Part shown: positions 62,419 through 64,000 of the stretch, piece by piece
Layout: every line of letters begins with the position of its first letter
How positions within the stretch are numbered: the stretch's first letter is position 1
Assembly: GCA_036172245.1 (NCBI GenBank)
Contig: JAYWIR010000075.1
Location: forward strand, 62,001-126,000
Direction: 5' to 3'
Source of the DNA: Raillietiella orientalis
Taxonomy: Eukaryota
Length of the DNA stretch: 64,000 bases
Made by a program: the position numbers and the translations under genes
Notes under the pieces: generated by a model
The model's database searches: none
What the model saw: only the letters and a program-made list of their open reading frames with translations
What the model was told of the DNA's origin: nothing

Positions 62419-63090
62419 TCTTCACCCGGATTTGGAAGAGCCTTTATTATTCAAATAATAATAAAATACATGTCATTATCAATGGAGTGGTAGAAAACTT
62501 AGGTCTACCGCTTGCCGAGAACTTGTGCCGACCAGTAGGTGGACTGGCGGTGTTTGTTTCCGTGACGACGTGAAAAGAAAAACCGAAAAAAGAAAAAAAG
62601 CGAAGAAAAAACGAAAAAAAGAAGAGGAAGTGTTTCCTAAAGCTGGGAAGGGTTCACTTTGTTTCGGGAGACGTTTTCCGCTTCCTGACCAGAATGCTGA
62701 CAAGTTTTGTTCTTTCTTTTTGTAGGTATGACCATCTGAAGGCGGTCTTGAAAAAGATTGCTCCCCAGTGAGATGATGGGTCGGAATGACAGGAGTCTCT
62801 GCCATCCCATCCTCTTATTCCCTCGTTTCAGGCTGTCCCGGTTCCGCGAACGCAGCAGAGGACTGTTGGGGAGGCGCGGCCGGAGGCAGAGCGGCACGCA
62901 CAAGGAGACGTTGAAAGAGGTCACTGGGGTCGCCACCCACCGGGATTTCTAGGATCGTCGGGACTTGATTCCAAAGGATTTGGAGGGCGGCACAGTCCAT
63001 CAGAATGCGGGAAAGTTTTCTCAACGCAGCTTTCACAACTGGCATCCGCACACCCCCGTGCCCAATGATGGAGGCCTGATTCGGGTGTAT
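62419..63090 (-). mobile_element. Tx1 3' fragment (CCHC region and 3'UTR)
   Basis: LHHWARG..CESC, ILMDCAAL and DLFQRLLVR; minus-strand AATAAA..CCGGGTGAAGA end. Confidence 0.8.
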
Positions 63091-63820
63091 GGGGATGGCC
63101 TCGATTCCGTCTCGAAATCATGGAGGATGCAGCCCGGATTGCAAGGCTGCAGGATGCAGCATACAAATCCAGTTACTCTCCCATCTCACTTCCGGGTCGA
63201 CAAACGTTGGAGCCCGATGTTTTCCTATCTTCATTTATCTGTTCGTTTTCGTCCCCCCCTTTTCCCCTTGACGTCCTCAGACTGGGCACATCTTCCGCTT
63301 GGCCACGGCTCTGCATGTTGGCTTTCCTTGGCCCGCGTCTGTAGGGTACGAGAATACGCGTTTAACTCCAATGGATATTGGGGGTTAATATCTCGGTGAG
63401 ACTGAGTCTGAAACTTTCTGCTTACGGAAGAAGGGACGGGAGCTCACCAGCTAAGTGGTTCCATTACTAATAGTTACTGAAAACCTAACGTCCCAAAGCT
63501 CCCTGCTTACTGAAACGCAAACAGACGCTTGCAGAAGAGCGGAACGCACGGGTTCGGAAATGAGACAGGATAAAATAGCCGGAGGTGTAAAGCATTCTTT
63601 TCCCGGTGTACGTTCCCGGATATCCGGGGAATTGATTTTTTGTCCCTTCTTCTTCTTCCGAAATCCATCGTCATCGAGATTGCTCTGTTAGAATCTTGAG
63701 CTCATTCGCTGTGCATTCAGTCTTTTTTTTGGATTAATGGGAGGCTGCAAAGTGCCATCTCGTTCCAGAGGTCCTTCACGACCGTTTGCTTCCTTAGTGG
63801 GACTCACAAAACTCTTTTAA

Positions 63821-64000
63821 CATGTCCACGCCATCCGAGAGTGAACTCTTCAAGGGTAGTTATAGGGGATAACACGGGAGGGACCACCGTATGAATCCAG
63901 GAAGGCTCCGAGGAAGAAGTCCGTTCCTTTTACACTTGGGAGGGAACCCTTATCTCTCCGGAAGGATCTTTTGAGGGGCTACTTCTTGTTTCCTCCTTTG
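63821..64000 (+). repeat. Hairpin-rich dispersed repeat, copy 4 (cut by the window end)
   Basis: CTCTTCAAG, GGGACCACCGTATGAATCCAGGAAG and GTCCGTTCC. Confidence 0.85.

Overview
Eukaryotic (arthropod-like, judging by the H2A protein) repeat-rich genomic DNA. Bases 1-26,270 are a GC-rich nest of about 12 copies or fragments of one L1/Tx1-clade non-LTR retrotransposon family (ORF1 with CCHC knuckles; ORF2 with APE endonuclease, YADD reverse transcriptase and C-terminal CCHC). Several copies sit inside one another in alternating orientation, and three junctions map to the same G-F-G-coding site of the family's own ORF2. The family ends in AATAAA + short stem-loop + a few A, with no poly(A). The innermost copy has a perfect 15-bp TSD and encodes an in-frame ORF1-RT fusion that lacks the endonuclease. 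Bases ~28,300-38,900 are AT-rich host DNA with a solitary intact histone H2A gene that has no canonical stem-loop. The right third holds decayed elements: two RLE-type (NeSL/Utopia-like) non-LTR remnants, an endonuclease-bearing Helitron (Helentron), a second L1-like family and more Tx1 fragments. It also contains four copies of an unexplained hairpin-rich ~600-bp repeat with a possible HDV-like ribozyme topology and an unidentified GC-rich coding-like tract. Everything was read by eye; boundaries of decayed elements are approximate.
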